Assembly: GCA_951406725.2 (NCBI GenBank)
Contig: OX597817.1
Span: 46,438,001-46,502,000, forward strand
Direction of reading: 5' to 3'
Length of the DNA: 64,000 nt
Origin: Octopus vulgaris
Taxonomy: Eukaryota
Under the pieces are notes generated by a model that searched no databases, was not told the origin of the DNA, and worked only from the letters and a program-made list of their open reading frames with translations. Numbering within the stretch: the stretch's first letter is position 1; every line of letters starts with the position of its first letter. This document shows, piece by piece, positions 1 to 13,172 of this stretch. Position numbers and translations under genes: made by a program.

Positions 1-815
1 CAGTTACGCACTGACGTCGATACAATCGACTTCATCCGTTTGTCTGTCCTTGTTTGATTCCTCTGTGTTTATCCCCTTGTGGGTAGTAAAGAAATTGGTA
101 TTTCGTCTGCCTTTACGTACTGAGTTCAAATTCCGCCGAGGTCGACTTTGCCTTTCATCATTTCGGGGTCGATAAATTAAGTACCAGTTACGCACTGAGG
201 TCGATATAATCGACTTAATCCGCTTGCCTGTCCTTGTTTGTTTCCTCTGTGTTTAGCCCCTTGTGGGTAGTAAAGAAATTGGTATTTCGTCTGCCTTTAC
301 GTTCTGAGTTCAAATTCCGCCGTGGTCGACTTTGCTTTTCATCATTTCGGGGTCGATAAATTAAGTATCAGTTCCACATTGGGGTCGATGTAATCGACTT
401 AATCCGTTTGTCTGTCCTTGTTTGTCCCCTCAATGTTTAGCCTCTTGTGGGTAGTAAAGAAATAGGTATTTCGTCTGCCGCTACGTTCTAAGTTCAAATT
501 CCGCCGAGGTCGACTTTGCCTTTCATCATTTCGGGGTCAATAAATTAAGTACCAGTTGCGTGCTGGTGTCGATCTAATCGATTGACCCCCATCCCCAAAA
601 TTTCAGCCATTGTGCCTAGAGTAGAAAATAATATAATATTTACGCTTGTTATTTCGTCTGCCTTTACGTTCTGAGTTCAAATTCCGCCGAGGTCGACTTT
701 GCCTTTCATCCTTTCGGAGTCGATAAATAAAGTACCAATTGCGTACTGGCGTTGATCTAAACGACTGATTCCCTCCCCCAAAATTTCAGGCCTTGTGCCT
801 AGAGTAGAAAAGAAT
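1..815 (+). mobile_element. Tandem multimer of tRNA-derived SINE family A (about 5 units of roughly 180 bp, truncated by the window edge)
   Basis: Repeating unit TATTTCGTCTGCC-TACGTTCTGAGTTCAAATTCC (B box)-GTCGACTTTGCCTTTCATC-GGGGTCGATAAATTAAGTACCAG. The last units end in the alternative tail CCTTGTGCCTAGAGTAGAAAA. Confidence 0.9.
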
Positions 816-859
816 ATGTGTCCGTTCTAATTCTTTTGACTGTTTCTTTAACAAATATC

Positions 860-1000
860 ATTGTCACGTTCTTAGTTTTCCTCTCTTCAGATTTGCCTTG
901 GTGTGCATTTTTCTAATGCCAATCCCATATCAATGCTTTTGATAATTCAGTGTAATATTTCTGGCTGTATCTCTAATTGTCTATAATCAGCCACTTACAA
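860..1000 (-). pseudogene. Highly decayed R4/Dong-like RT fragment
   Basis: Reverse strand reads approximately IDMGLALEKCT..LKRGKL, resembling the DIGMEFGLEKCA..KRGK segment of R4-clade RTs. Confidence 0.35.
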
Positions 1001-1606
1001 CTTAATATCATTCTCTGTCAGTATTTCTATTAGCGCGCATTATTATTTAATATGTCACTTAAAGGTGTTAAAGCAAGGTAGAAATGGAGTGAAAACTGGT
1101 TGTTAACTTAGAATATATACCATACCTATTGGAGTTTTCTCGATGTATATATTTCCTTTTCTTTTTTCATTTTGCGAATATGCAGAATTATTTGTCATAT
1201 AATCTTGATAATTTTAATGATTTTTCAGGCTAACTTACGCGCTGATAACAGCCTCCTGGTAGTCAATGCATGGCATGCTGTCACTCTTGCTTCTACAGTT
1301 TAAGTTCAAAACATTGTTGACACTTACTGATACTTGCATCCATAAAAGTCTTTGTCACATCTATTCTGTTTTTCTCAAAAAAAAAAAAATCCATGATTTC
1401 TTTCTTCGTCGTTTTGTGAGAAGTCTCCGGGCTTGATGGTAACAAGGAAAAATTATTCTCAAGCCGGAGACCTTTCAAGCAAGTGTTAGCAATGTGAAGA
1501 CTTCTAAAGGAACTCTCTTCTAAGAAGAAAGTAATCGTGTCAAACCGTGCAACGAATTATATCCACCACTTAAAAATTCAGAAAACAAAGAGGTAGAACA
1601 TATATT

Positions 1607-2023
1607 TAATTCTTTATTGCCCACAAGGAGCTAAACATAGAGGGGACAAACAAGGACAGATAAAGGGACTGACTTTATTACATCGACCCCAGTGCGAAAC
1701 TGGTACTTATTTAATCGATTCCAAAAGGATGAAAGGCAGAGTTGATCGCGGTAGAATTTGAACTCATAACGTAGCGGCAGACGAATTATCTATTTCTTTA
1801 CTATGCACAAGGGGCTAAACACAGAGAGGACAAACAAGGACAGACAAACGGATTAAGTCGATTATATCGATCCCAGTGCGTAACTGGTACTTATCTAATT
1901 GACCCCGAAACGATGAAAGACAAAGTCGACGTCGGCGGAATTTGAACTCAGAACGTAGCGGCAGACGAAATACTGCTAAGCATTTCGGCCGGGTTGCTAA
2001 CGACTCTGCCAGCTCGCCGCCTT
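1607..2023 (-). mobile_element. SINE family A dimer with target-site duplication
   Basis: Head GGCGGCGAGCTGGCAGA at about 2020. Flanked by direct repeat AGGTAGAACATATATT at 1591-1606 and 2028-2043. Confidence 0.9.
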
Positions 2024-2544
2024 AAATAGGTAGAACATATATTGTAAGGTATCACGTCCACTACACCATTGCCCTAGACTAGTGTAATTTTTATTGATCC
2101 TTACTGGATGGAAGGTAACATTGGTCCGCAAGATTTGAACTGAGAGTGGAGCGATCTGGAATAAATTCTGAAAGGTATATTGTCCATGACTAACGAATCG
2201 AGCAATTTACAGAATTTACAATCTCTGTGATATTATTATTGTTAAACTTCTGTAAGTTGCAGGAAGAGAAGAAATGTCAAAGGATAACATTGAAAATTAT
2301 GTCAAAATCGCTAACATCAAGGAATATTCATATAGAAAGACGAAAACATCTGTATGAAAGTTACGTGCAGTACATATTGTGTAAAACATGGGGAGCGTAG
2401 AAAATGTTATCTGACAAACTAGAACTTACAGTATAGACATACAGAAGAATGTTTAAAATATATTGCACAAAACGAAACTAATGAAGTGCTACAATTTGTA
2501 AACAGTCAATAAATAATTACTCTCACCTAATATTGGTTTCATAT

Positions 2545-3340
2545 TTTAGAACAAGGCCAGCAATTTTTGAGAAAGGCTAAGACGATGATATCAACCCCTC
2601 AGTTCTTAACTGGTACTTATTTCATCAAACCTAGAAGGATTGAAGGCTTCGACGACATTTGAACTCCTTAGAGCATAAGACAGATGAAATGCCACCAAGC
2701 ACTTTGCCCGGCGTGCTAACAATTCTGCCAGCTTGCTGCCTTACTCTCCTTTAATATACTTTACTACTGTATGTACAAGGCCCAACATTTTGGGGGAGAG
2801 GCCGTCGATTAGATCGACACCAGTACGCAACTGGTACTTAATTTATCGACCTCGAAAGGATGAAAGACAAAGTCGACCTCGGCGGAGTTTGTACTCAGAA
2901 CGTAGCGGCAGACGAAATACTTATTTCTTTACTACCCACAAGGGGCTAAACACAGAGAAGACAAACAAGGACAGACAAACGGATTAAGTCGATTATATTG
3001 ACCCCAGTGCGTAACTGGTACTTATTTAATCGACCGCGAAAGGATAAAAGACAAAGTCGACCTCGGCGGAATTTGAACTCAGAACGTAACAGCAGACGAA
3101 ATATCTATTTCTTTACTTCCCACAAGGGCTAAACACAGAGAGGACGAACAAGGACAGACAAACGGATTAAGAGGATTACATCGACCCCAGTGCGTAACTG
3201 GTACTTAATTTTTATCGACCCAGAAAGGATGAAAGGCAAAGTCGACCTTGGCGGAATTTGAACTCAGAACGTACCGGCAGACGAAATACGGCTAAGCATT
3301 TCGCCCGGTGTGTTAACGATTCTGACAGCTCGCTACCTTA
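2545..3340 (-). mobile_element. SINE family A cluster (decayed copy 2545-2742, trimer 2776-3340)
   Basis: Three reverse-complement units AAAGTCGACCTCGGCGGAATTTGAACTCAGAACGTA plus one head. Confidence 0.88.
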
Positions 3341-3349
3341 CTCTCAGCT

Positions 3350-3600
3350 AATATTAAAAACAAGCTAAAGTACTTTGGTCACATAGTAAGAGCCGAAGGT
3401 ATAAAAAGTATACTACTAGAAGGAAAAATAAATGGCAAATGTTCAAGAGGAAAATCTAGAACAAACTGATTATATAACTTCAAGGACGGGACTGAACAAA
3501 AACATGGTGAACTTGTAAAAATGGCAGAGAAAAAATCCGAATGGAAATCCTTGATATTTTTTAACCTGCTGGGAATAAATGACACTTAATAATGATGATT
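3350..3600 (+). pseudogene. 3' end of RTE/BovB-clade LINE
   Basis: Translates KNKLKYFGHIVRAEGIKSILLEGKINGKCSRGKSRTN*LYNFKDGT..LVKMAEKKSEWKSL, matching the RTE C-terminal pattern YFGH..GKIEG.R.RGR..W. Followed by a short TAA/TGA tail. Confidence 0.8.
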
Positions 3601-3817
3601 TAAGAAGACAGATATCGAGATATCTTTTTCGGTTTTGCTGTTCCTTTAACGATATGTATGATTCTGATCAGTGAGGCAGTCAGCTACGTTGATAACTCTA
3701 CTGGCTCTTTAATACGCAGACAAAAGCAAATTTCCAATACAAACTCCACTTTATTGTTGCCTGTAACTTCATTAGATATTTCGATGCAATATCAGCTATG
3801 GTCACATTTCAGTCTTA

Positions 3818-4190
3818 GCTGAAGCGTTAGCACGACGGGCGAAATGCGTTGCGGTATTTCGTCCGCCGCTACGTTCTGAGTTCAAATTCCGCGGAGGTCG
3901 ACTTTGCCTTCCATCCTTTCGGGGTCGATAAATTAAGTACCAGTTATGTAATCGACTTAATCCGTGTGTCTGTCCTTGTTTGTCCCCTCTGTGTTTGGCC
4001 CCTTGTGGCTAGTAAAGAAGTAGGCATTTCATGTCTTCGTGTTCTGAGTTCAAATTCCGCTGAGGTCGACTTTACCTTTCATCCTTTCGGGGTCGATAAA
4101 TTAAGTACCAGTTGCATACTGGGGTCGATCTTATTGACTGTCCCCCCCTCCCCCAAAATGTCGGGCCTTGTGTCTAGAGTAGAAAAGATA
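3818..4190 (+). mobile_element. SINE family A dimer
   Basis: Two B-box units with terminal tail CCTTGTGTCTAGAGTAGAAAAGA. Confidence 0.88.
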
Positions 4191-4199
4191 TTATTCATT

Positions 4200-5295
4200 T
4201 GGGTGCACAGTCTTTTCGATAGGTCTCTTCTACTCCTGCCTACATCATTCCTCTATTTCCCTTCTTCGGTAATCCAATAACCATTTCTTTAGGTACAGCC
4301 ATTTGTTCTTGTCATCTCGTGTCTCTTCCGTCTTCCTAAAAAACATTGAGAGAAGCTTCTTTCCTTCAAAGCTTCACTTCCACTTTTCGAATTTTTCTTG
4401 TTTTCTCGTTTTTGCTTCTTCATATCTTGTAAATCATCCCCCGCCTCCTACCTGCAGTTTTACAACCGTTTTGAGAATCGTTAATTCTTTTCCTCCTTCT
4501 GCTCTTTTCCATTATATACCGCGTGTTGTGAGCTGCTTCCAGGTTTCCTTTTAATACAGTCGATACGTTTCAGTTTCCTCCTTTCTCCGTTCGATGTTTC
4601 AGACTATAAACAGCGTTTCAACCCTTTTGCTGATCCCTCGTATGGTTTCACATTTAATTATAATTTAATACCTGCATTCTGCAAATGTAGTCTTTACTGA
4701 CAATTTCCTTAATTTTTATACAAATTATTTTTCCATTCTCTAGTATTTCTAGACATTTATTTGATTCAACTGCGTTTAATGATATTATATTCTCATCATT
4801 AGGTTTATTGCAGTCATTTTTATGGGTTTTCGTACTTCTCTTTCAGCGAACATTTTCTTTTTATCTGAAAGTCATCTCAATATCGTTACTAAAAATCCTT
4901 ATGTTCTGCACCAAAGAATCAACATAGTTCTTGACTTTGTCATAGAGCTTTAAATTATTCATTGATAAATTATTCAATTTTCTCATATTCTTGGCCCTTT
5001 ATTTTAGTTTCTTTACTATATTCAACAAATGGAACAGTGTGATTACTATCAATAAGGTAAAAAGTTTGTAGCTTGGGATTTCTCTTCTGATCTTTATCCC
5101 TGTTAATTATATGACTTCTCATTCATTGCCTTCTCTACCAGGCTCTTAATCTTTTTAAGGAGTTCTAGGCATTATTTGACACTGAGTGGGAAACTAAGCC
5201 ATATTCTTTTTCTATAACCGATTCCTTCAATGTATACATTTCTCAATCTTTCATATTTTGAAATTTCCCATGGCTATCTTGTCACTCAATAATTG
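4200..5295 (-). pseudogene. Decayed R4/Dong-like LINE RT/thumb region
   Basis: Reverse-strand fragments DSLVQNIRIFSNDIEMTF, KDYICRMQVL and RAEGGKEL resemble R4-clade motifs. Many stops and frameshifts. Segment 4805-4905 recurs at about 5915-6012. Confidence 0.6.
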
Positions 5296-5314
5296 GTATT
5301 TACTACTACTACTG

Positions 5315-5346
<32 letters not shown>

Positions 5347-5347
5347 T

Positions 5348-5395
<48 letters not shown>

Positions 5396-6042
5396 TTGGC
5401 TTTTGCTTTGTATTTGTATAAGTTGACTCCAAGTTTCACCCAGAGACCTCAAGAGTCAAGTTAGAAATTCAAGTTGATATTATGACTAGGGTGCCATATT
5501 TTGAAGGGTTTGCACGAAGTATTGTTCTTGAGAATGTCTGTCAAAACATAAGAATATTAGAACTTTGATTTAAAAGTAATTTGATTATAAGATGATTGTG
5601 TGATCTTATGGTGACAGTAAAATGTAATATTATTATTGGTTTCTACGAGCAGTTCTAGGAAGTCTCCCACTTTTGAGGAATTTTGTTGTTATAATCGATT
5701 CTCTTTCATTGTTTGCACGACTTTCATGTAACCCCACATTCTATTTGTCCTGTGCTGTTGAGAATGATTTACCTAATGTAAGCTCTTTGTGGTTAATAAG
5801 GAAATTATTTCTATTGTTATTATTTTATTGTCTTTGCAAAGCTTCTAACGCTGGAGATGTATTACGGTGTCAGCTGTTCACTACCAGCGAACTAAAGTCA
5901 CACCATTTATTTTTCATTGCAGTCATTTTCATGGGCTTTCATATTTCTTCTCTACTAGGAAAGACTTTTTTTTATCTGAAAGTCATCTCAATATCGTTAC
6001 TAAATATCCTTGTGGTTTATTATTATTTTTGCTGTTATTCTT

Positions 6043-6134
<92 letters not shown>

Positions 6135-6254
6135 CATTATTAGAAGCAACAAAAGGATGAGTGCCATTGTTATCAAGTGAACGATATTTCGGCATCTAGT
6201 GTGTCTTCCACATGTTCAAAAACCTAACTTGTCAATCTACTTCATTTTTGGTAA

Positions 6255-6285
<31 letters not shown>

Positions 6286-6292
6286 GTTATTA

Positions 6293-6336
<44 letters not shown>

Positions 6337-6833
6337 GAGTGAGAGAACAGTGCACGCCAACAAAGTGACACTGGAGTAAAATATACGAAGCCCAGTATAC
6401 CCATCATGGCTACTCGTCTGATAAGGGTACACCAGGCACATGCATCACAACCATATGTGCGCGATATGGTGATCTCATATCAAGATAAACAGCACATAAC
6501 CTTGCAGGTGGGGCCCAGTTGAAACTTTCTTCTGATCGAGTAACCCATCTCGCTCAAAAGGTTTCTGAATAAGGGTTGTTTAAGGATGTTGAACGAAACA
6601 CCCATATTTTCAGGTGTGAATTATTCAAACCTCAGAGAATCCCTTTCAACACATGGTTATAATGCATCCCAACTACTTCTGCTCGTGATCAGAGATGCAC
6701 ATATCTTCAGACACTAAGGGACATGCTCAACTGGTTACGGTCAAACAACCGACAAGCAAATCTGTGATATTGAGCAGAATATTTGCTGTAGCCCATCTCT
6801 TATACCAAGACAAAACAATGTGCATGATAACAC
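6337..6833. mobile_element. Family D interspersed repeat inserted in (ATT)n
   Basis: Highly similar to 24476-25020, with (ATT)n on both flanks. Confidence 0.85.
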
Positions 6834-6837
6834 ATTG

Positions 6838-6934
<97 letters not shown>

Positions 6935-7354
6935 TCATTATTATTGGCCCTGACCTTGTATAATGTGTTTTATTTCACTGAAGTGAGTTTGTTAATAGTT
7001 TGCACCTTTAGGGATGTGTTATTTTTACTTCTTATAAAACCTCTTATTTTGAAACAAACCAGGGCCCCTGAAATTCTATTGGCTCTATTGCTTCTGCTTC
7101 CATTACTTTCCCCTTCAAGGTATGTAAGTAAGCTTATGCAAGCCATATTCAATATCAAGGAAATGGAGACGAAATGTATTACAAAGTTAGAAGTGTCGCT
7201 CAACAGGATTATTTCCATCCTTCTGTCAACGATTATTCGAAACGAAAAAGAATTATATCTCTTTTTTTTCTTAAGCTATAGACCACATAGTCGAGCCGTA
7301 TTAAGACCTCTAGCTTGCAATCACTGTTATTTTTAATAGATATCAATATTGTAT

Positions 7355-7653
7355 TATAGTGGTTGTATACTGTCAACTCAACGTGACAGTCCCATAAAAG
7401 GAATCACACAACCGCTATTTAGCCCTAGGAAGCATCGACACTTCCTGTCGCCTTTGATACATTTCCCGTGTCCTTATATTTACAGGTACTAATCCTAGCT
7501 GGCGGGGGTGCTTGCCTCCCCTTTGCAAATATAACGACACAGGAAATATTTCAAAGCCGACAGGAAGCGTCGATGCTTCCTAGAGCTAAATAGCGGTGGT
7601 GTGATTCCCTTTATGGGATTGTCACGTTGAGTTGACAGTATACAACCACTATA
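7355..7653. mobile_element. Fold-back MITE-like element, arms about 130 bp
   Basis: TATAGTGGTTGTATACTGTCAACTCAACGTGAC... is mirrored by ...GTCACGTTGAGTTGACAGTATACAACCACTATA, with TA at both ends. A half copy lies at 63148-63305. Confidence 0.85.
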
Positions 7654-9173
7654 TCGCCCCACCACCGCTCATGTCTCTCTGAGACATTTAGAAATTCAAT
7701 ATTTCTAATATTGTATTAAACGTGCAGAAAACCACAGATAATATGAAGAAAGATAGAAAGAACACGACGCCTTTGTTATTTCATAACATACCAACATTAC
7801 AGATTTAGTTAAGGGAGATACTAGCATTTATACTACAGAATTTAGCAGCCAATACTTTTAGATATCACAAACACTAATATTGTTCTCCTGTGAATAAAAG
7901 ACATTCCATATCCCTCTAAATAGAAATAAAGACGTCAACTCGTTCTTTAATTTTTAATTGAATTTATGTTTCTTGTCTTTTTGTTTTTTTTTTTTTTTTT
8001 TTGTTTTTCTTCTCTTTTATTAGATTCTTGATTCCGATTTCAATTTTAGACAATAATGACAGCCAATTTGGTGTCGTGGAATTTCTGTCAGAAATTGGAA
8101 TAAAATTACATTATCTTTGTCTTCGTTTTTATTAAGTACGTACATTTTTCTATGTTTGTGTGTTTATGTGTCCGTCTTTGCGTGTTCTTGCGCGTAAGTG
8201 TCAGTGTATTAGTTTGGTTTTGTTCTCGAAATTTTATTGAAGCAAATGAATTCTTTTGGAAACTTTGTTCATTTCACGACAGTTTTGTCACATTTTTACA
8301 TTGCAAATAATTTCGAACTGATCCATTTAATCAACCTTCTCCCGTATCAATGTTATAAAAGATTAAATGCAACTAAAGCGTTAACTGAAGGAAATAGAGA
8401 TTCGATTGAAAGGAAATAAAGACAAAATGGGAAAGTGACATTGGACTGAAAACCTAACAAAAGAACTCTTATAAAATATATTTAAAAATGGCAAATAGTA
8501 TAAAAATAAATGGAAAAGAATTATATAAAAACTGAAACATGCTGAATGCAGATATTAAAATAGAAGTGGTTGAACGTAGAGTAAATTACGGTCGAAGGGA
8601 AGAATGAAGCTGTACCAGTGTAAATCAAAAAGAAATAACGATTTCTGCAGACGTGAAAAATAAGGTTTAGCTCTATCGGGAGGTTTAAGCGTATCAAAGC
8701 AAGCTATTCTAAAAAAGGAAAGCATTATAATGAAAGAGAAAAATAAGTGCTGTTTGTTACAGCAAAAACACGAAACTAAAGAGTAACGAAACATTCAATC
8801 TACATTCGCCGTCTGTCACTGAAGAAGAGCGGACTTAGTTCAAAATTTGTAGTGATTTGGAGAATGTATTATAAGACTAGAGAGGTTGAGGTAAAGAACC
8901 ATGTTATATATATATATATATATATATATGTATGATGTTGAAATATTTCGTTCGGCTTTGTATAGAAAGAAGCCATGTTTATAAATTGAAGTGCTACAGT
9001 AGGAACAGCCAAGGAAATAAGGTCACCGTTCTTTTGTTGCGTACACAAAACAGACTCACAAACACACAAGCATATATACATAATTAACGGCGAGGCTGAC
9101 AACATGAGAAAAAGCTGAATAGGCGTAACTGTTCGTGTGCCACTTAATGAGAGCCGATAAATGTCGAAGAGTT

Positions 9174-9208
9174 CCCTAACGTTTCGAGCTTAGGTTCTTC
9201 TTCAGAAA
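9174..9208 (-). ncRNA. Minimal hammerhead motif with weakened stems
   Basis: CUGAAGA-A-GAAC-CUAA-GCUC-GAAACGUU. One stem II mismatch and a weak stem I. Confidence 0.5.
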
Positions 9209-9529
9209 TGTAGATGGAGAGAAGGAAAACGTTCAGAGGAAAGAGATTACAAACGAGAAAAAGGAAGGGATATGTATATTTCCACCTCATTCCCGCTTGA
9301 CAATGAGGTAGGGCTACATAAACATATGTGTATGCGTGTATGTTGACATATGTATATACATACACACACACACACACATACATATACACACACACACATA
9401 TATATATATAATTGATAATAAAACGAATGGTTTACACCTGGTAGTTTAATGGTAGAGCACGGTCACTTTCAAAGTGATCGTTAGGTAAATAACAAATGAA
9501 AGACAGAAAATGGAATATACGAGAATATA

Positions 9530-9733
9530 TTATTAATCACAACAATTGTTTCGACACATCTAGCATCGACTCTTCTACAAAACGAAAAGTTACAATATGA
9601 AACTCTCATTTTAGCAAGATATTTTATTTATTTATCACCCACTGAGATACGTCTGCACCACCGGATAATCCTGTACTAGATTTTGTGTCCCACAAGAAGC
9701 GTCGATGCTAGATGTGTCGAAACATTTGTTGTG

Positions 9734-9737
<4 letters not shown>
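9530..9737. repeat. Inverted repeat carrying a 3' half-hammerhead
   Basis: TTAATCACAACAATTGTTTCGACACATCTAGCATCGAC pairs with GTCGATGCTAGATGTGTCGAAACATTTGTTGTGATTAA. Confidence 0.75.
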
Positions 9738-9767
<30 letters not shown>

Positions 9768-9768
9768 G

Positions 9769-9805
<37 letters not shown>

Positions 9806-10138
9806 AGGATTCGCCTGGGAGATAATATGGTCTTGCTAAATTATCTATTAAAAGATAGCAAACGATATTGTTCTGCTAAAGTAATCCGAAACCATGGTAT
9901 AACCGTTATATAACAAGGTAAAGGTTTTTATTTTTCATTTACTTCGAAATTTGCTATAAAATTGTGGTATTTTGCCCGTGTTGTCTGGTATTTCTAGCAT
10001 GTAAAATTACCTGTTAAAGGGTAATTTTCTATTTTGAAATACTTATATATATATATATAGGTTATAGACACAATTCTTATGACCAATATTTACATGCTAT
10101 TATTTATAATTTTCTGTGTACTCAGAGAACCAAAAACG

Positions 10139-10850
<712 letters not shown>

Positions 10851-12213
10851 GCGTTCTGACTTCGGGCAGAGGTCAGAGGTCAGACGCTAGAGGGACAGTA
10901 GGGGAGATAACAGGGCCAAGTGACTTCCAAAACAAAGGTGCCCCCAACACAAAGGTGCGTGTGTGTATAAGAGAGTATGTATCTGCATTTGAAAGAGGGC
11001 TGGTGGTCTGGACGTGTGTATGTATGTATGTGTGGGTGTGGAGATGTGGGGATTGGTGTGTGGGTGGTGTGTTGTGATGTGATATGTATATGTATGTGTA
11101 GGTGTAAAGATGTGGGGATGAGTGTGTGGGCGGTGGGCTGTGGGTGGTGTGTTGTGATGTGATGTGTAATGTTGTATGGTGTAGTGTAGTGTGGTGTGAT
11201 GTTGTGAGGAGGTGGGGGTTGAGGTAGTGAAGAAGGTAGAAGCGCAGAGGGCTGTATAAACTGTCGTGATGACTGTATATTTGTAAGTTTTCTCCAAGCC
11301 AACCCGGGATATCAGTATCCTGCGGAGGAATTATCCCTACTTGGAATAGTGCGGCTTTTCTAATTCTTTTATTTGAGACACTTTTAGCGCTTTCATATAT
11401 GTATATATATATATGGCGGTCCCTTTCAGTTTCTGTCCAGCAAATCCACACATCACATCACGGTGATATAATAAAAATCTAATGTCCAGGGTGTCATACA
11501 GTGGGACTGAACACAGAAACATATAGCTGGGAAGCGAACGCCGTACCACATAGTACCAGGACTTATATTAAATACTTAAAATATTGCAATTACTGATTAT
11601 ATATGTTACATTTAGTTTTTATGATTACGAACTGTTAGAGTCAATATGGCGTCAGACAAAATTTCTTGTATTATAACATAGTCGCCATACTTGACGTTCT
11701 GCGTTTGCATCCAGCTTTTTATCCTTCCAGGTATGTGAAATTGAAGTGCCAGTCAAGTACGGGAATCAATATAATCGATTGTTTTCTCACCAAAATTTAA
11801 GTTTTGTGTCTATGTTAGAAATCGATATATTAGAAAACAAAGAAAAAAAGCAACAAACAACAACACACTATGTACGTACAGAGCGAAGTTGAGTTGGATT
11901 GTGCTCGATACTTCAGCGAAAGTCTGTAATACATATTAGACAACACAGGTAGTAATAATAATAATAATAACGGTTTCAAATTTTGGCAAATGGCCAGAAG
12001 ATTCGAGGGAGACGCTAAATCGATTACATCGACCTTAGTGCTCAGCGACTACTTTTTTTTTTTTATCGATTCCAAATGCACGAAAGACTAAGTCGATTTC
12101 GGCGGAATTTGAATTCAGAAACGAAAGGACGGGCGAATTCCGAAAGGTAAAGATGCTAAGCGTTTTGTCAGGCAACCCCCGGCGTACTAACGATTCTGTT
12201 AACTAGCCATAAT

Positions 12214-12248
<35 letters not shown>

Positions 12249-12859
12249 TAATAATAATAATAATCTTTACTTTTTTACTTGTTTCAATCATTTGACAGCG
12301 GCCATGCTGGAGCACCGCCTTTAATCGAGCAAATCGACCCCAGGACTTATTCTTTGTAAGCCTAGTACTTATTCGATCAGTCTCTTTTGCCGAACCGTTT
12401 TTGGTGACAGGGGGTCGATAAAATAAATACGAGTTGATGTAATCGACTTACCACTTCCTACGAAATTGCTGGCCTTGTGCTAAAATTTGAAACCAGTATG
12501 ATGGAAATACTATATTTTTACTATGGAGTAGTAATGATAATTTTGTATGTAAGCACAAATTCAGAAATACGGTTCGAGAGAAGAGTCGGTTAAAAGAATT
12601 ATCAGTAAAAAGCTGATACTTTATTTTTCTCAATTTTGTAAGGTAAAGAAATGGAAATGATGATGTCCGGTGTGGGACTTGAACTCAGAAACTAAAGAGC
12701 TGGAACGAACACCACAAAGTATTTTGTATTATTTATCGCGCCTCTTTAGTTTTGTCCTACGTTTTTACGATTCTGCCCATTCACTGGAATAAAATTATTT
12801 GTGATTGGTACTCATGGTCTGAAATTGTTTGAGGTGGGTAGTAGTGGATAAATGCCACT

Positions 12860-13172
12860 CGGATCTTTACCTTTTGACCTACAGATTTAAAAACATATTT
12901 TTTTGTAACTAAACGCTTTCAAACTTCGGACACTTGTTGAATGTGTCATATAAAGCATCTTTTACGCTTAGCATTTTTGAGAAAAACTTATATTTACGAA
13001 GTTATTTCACGTTAAAGTTGTCCTATTTTGGTAATTTCAACCAATCAATGACGTGTATTCAGCTGAATAAAATTACTGCTGTTTTTTTTGTCAACAAGAA
13101 CTTCCGGTGATGTATTTTTCCTTTATCACTGTTATTTATGATATCACTAGGTCAAAACTTAAAGATCTTCCG
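12860..13172. mobile_element. MITE with about 22 bp imperfect TIRs
   Basis: CGGATCTTTACCTTTTGACCTA ... TAGGTCAAAACTTAAAGATCTTCCG. Confidence 0.65.

Noticed and set aside
4-195. Recurrent peptide MRNWYLIYRPRKDERQSRPRRNLNSER (also at 2733, 51393, 55947 and 63430)
   Set aside because: It is the antisense reading of SINE A, not a gene family.
1-815. Regular repeats resembling a CRISPR array
   Set aside because: Units are about 180 bp with no unique spacers and no cas genes, in a eukaryotic context.
8815-8850. CUGAAGA-A-GAGC..GUUC-AAAA
   Set aside because: G12 is lost and stem III is absent. Too degenerate to call.
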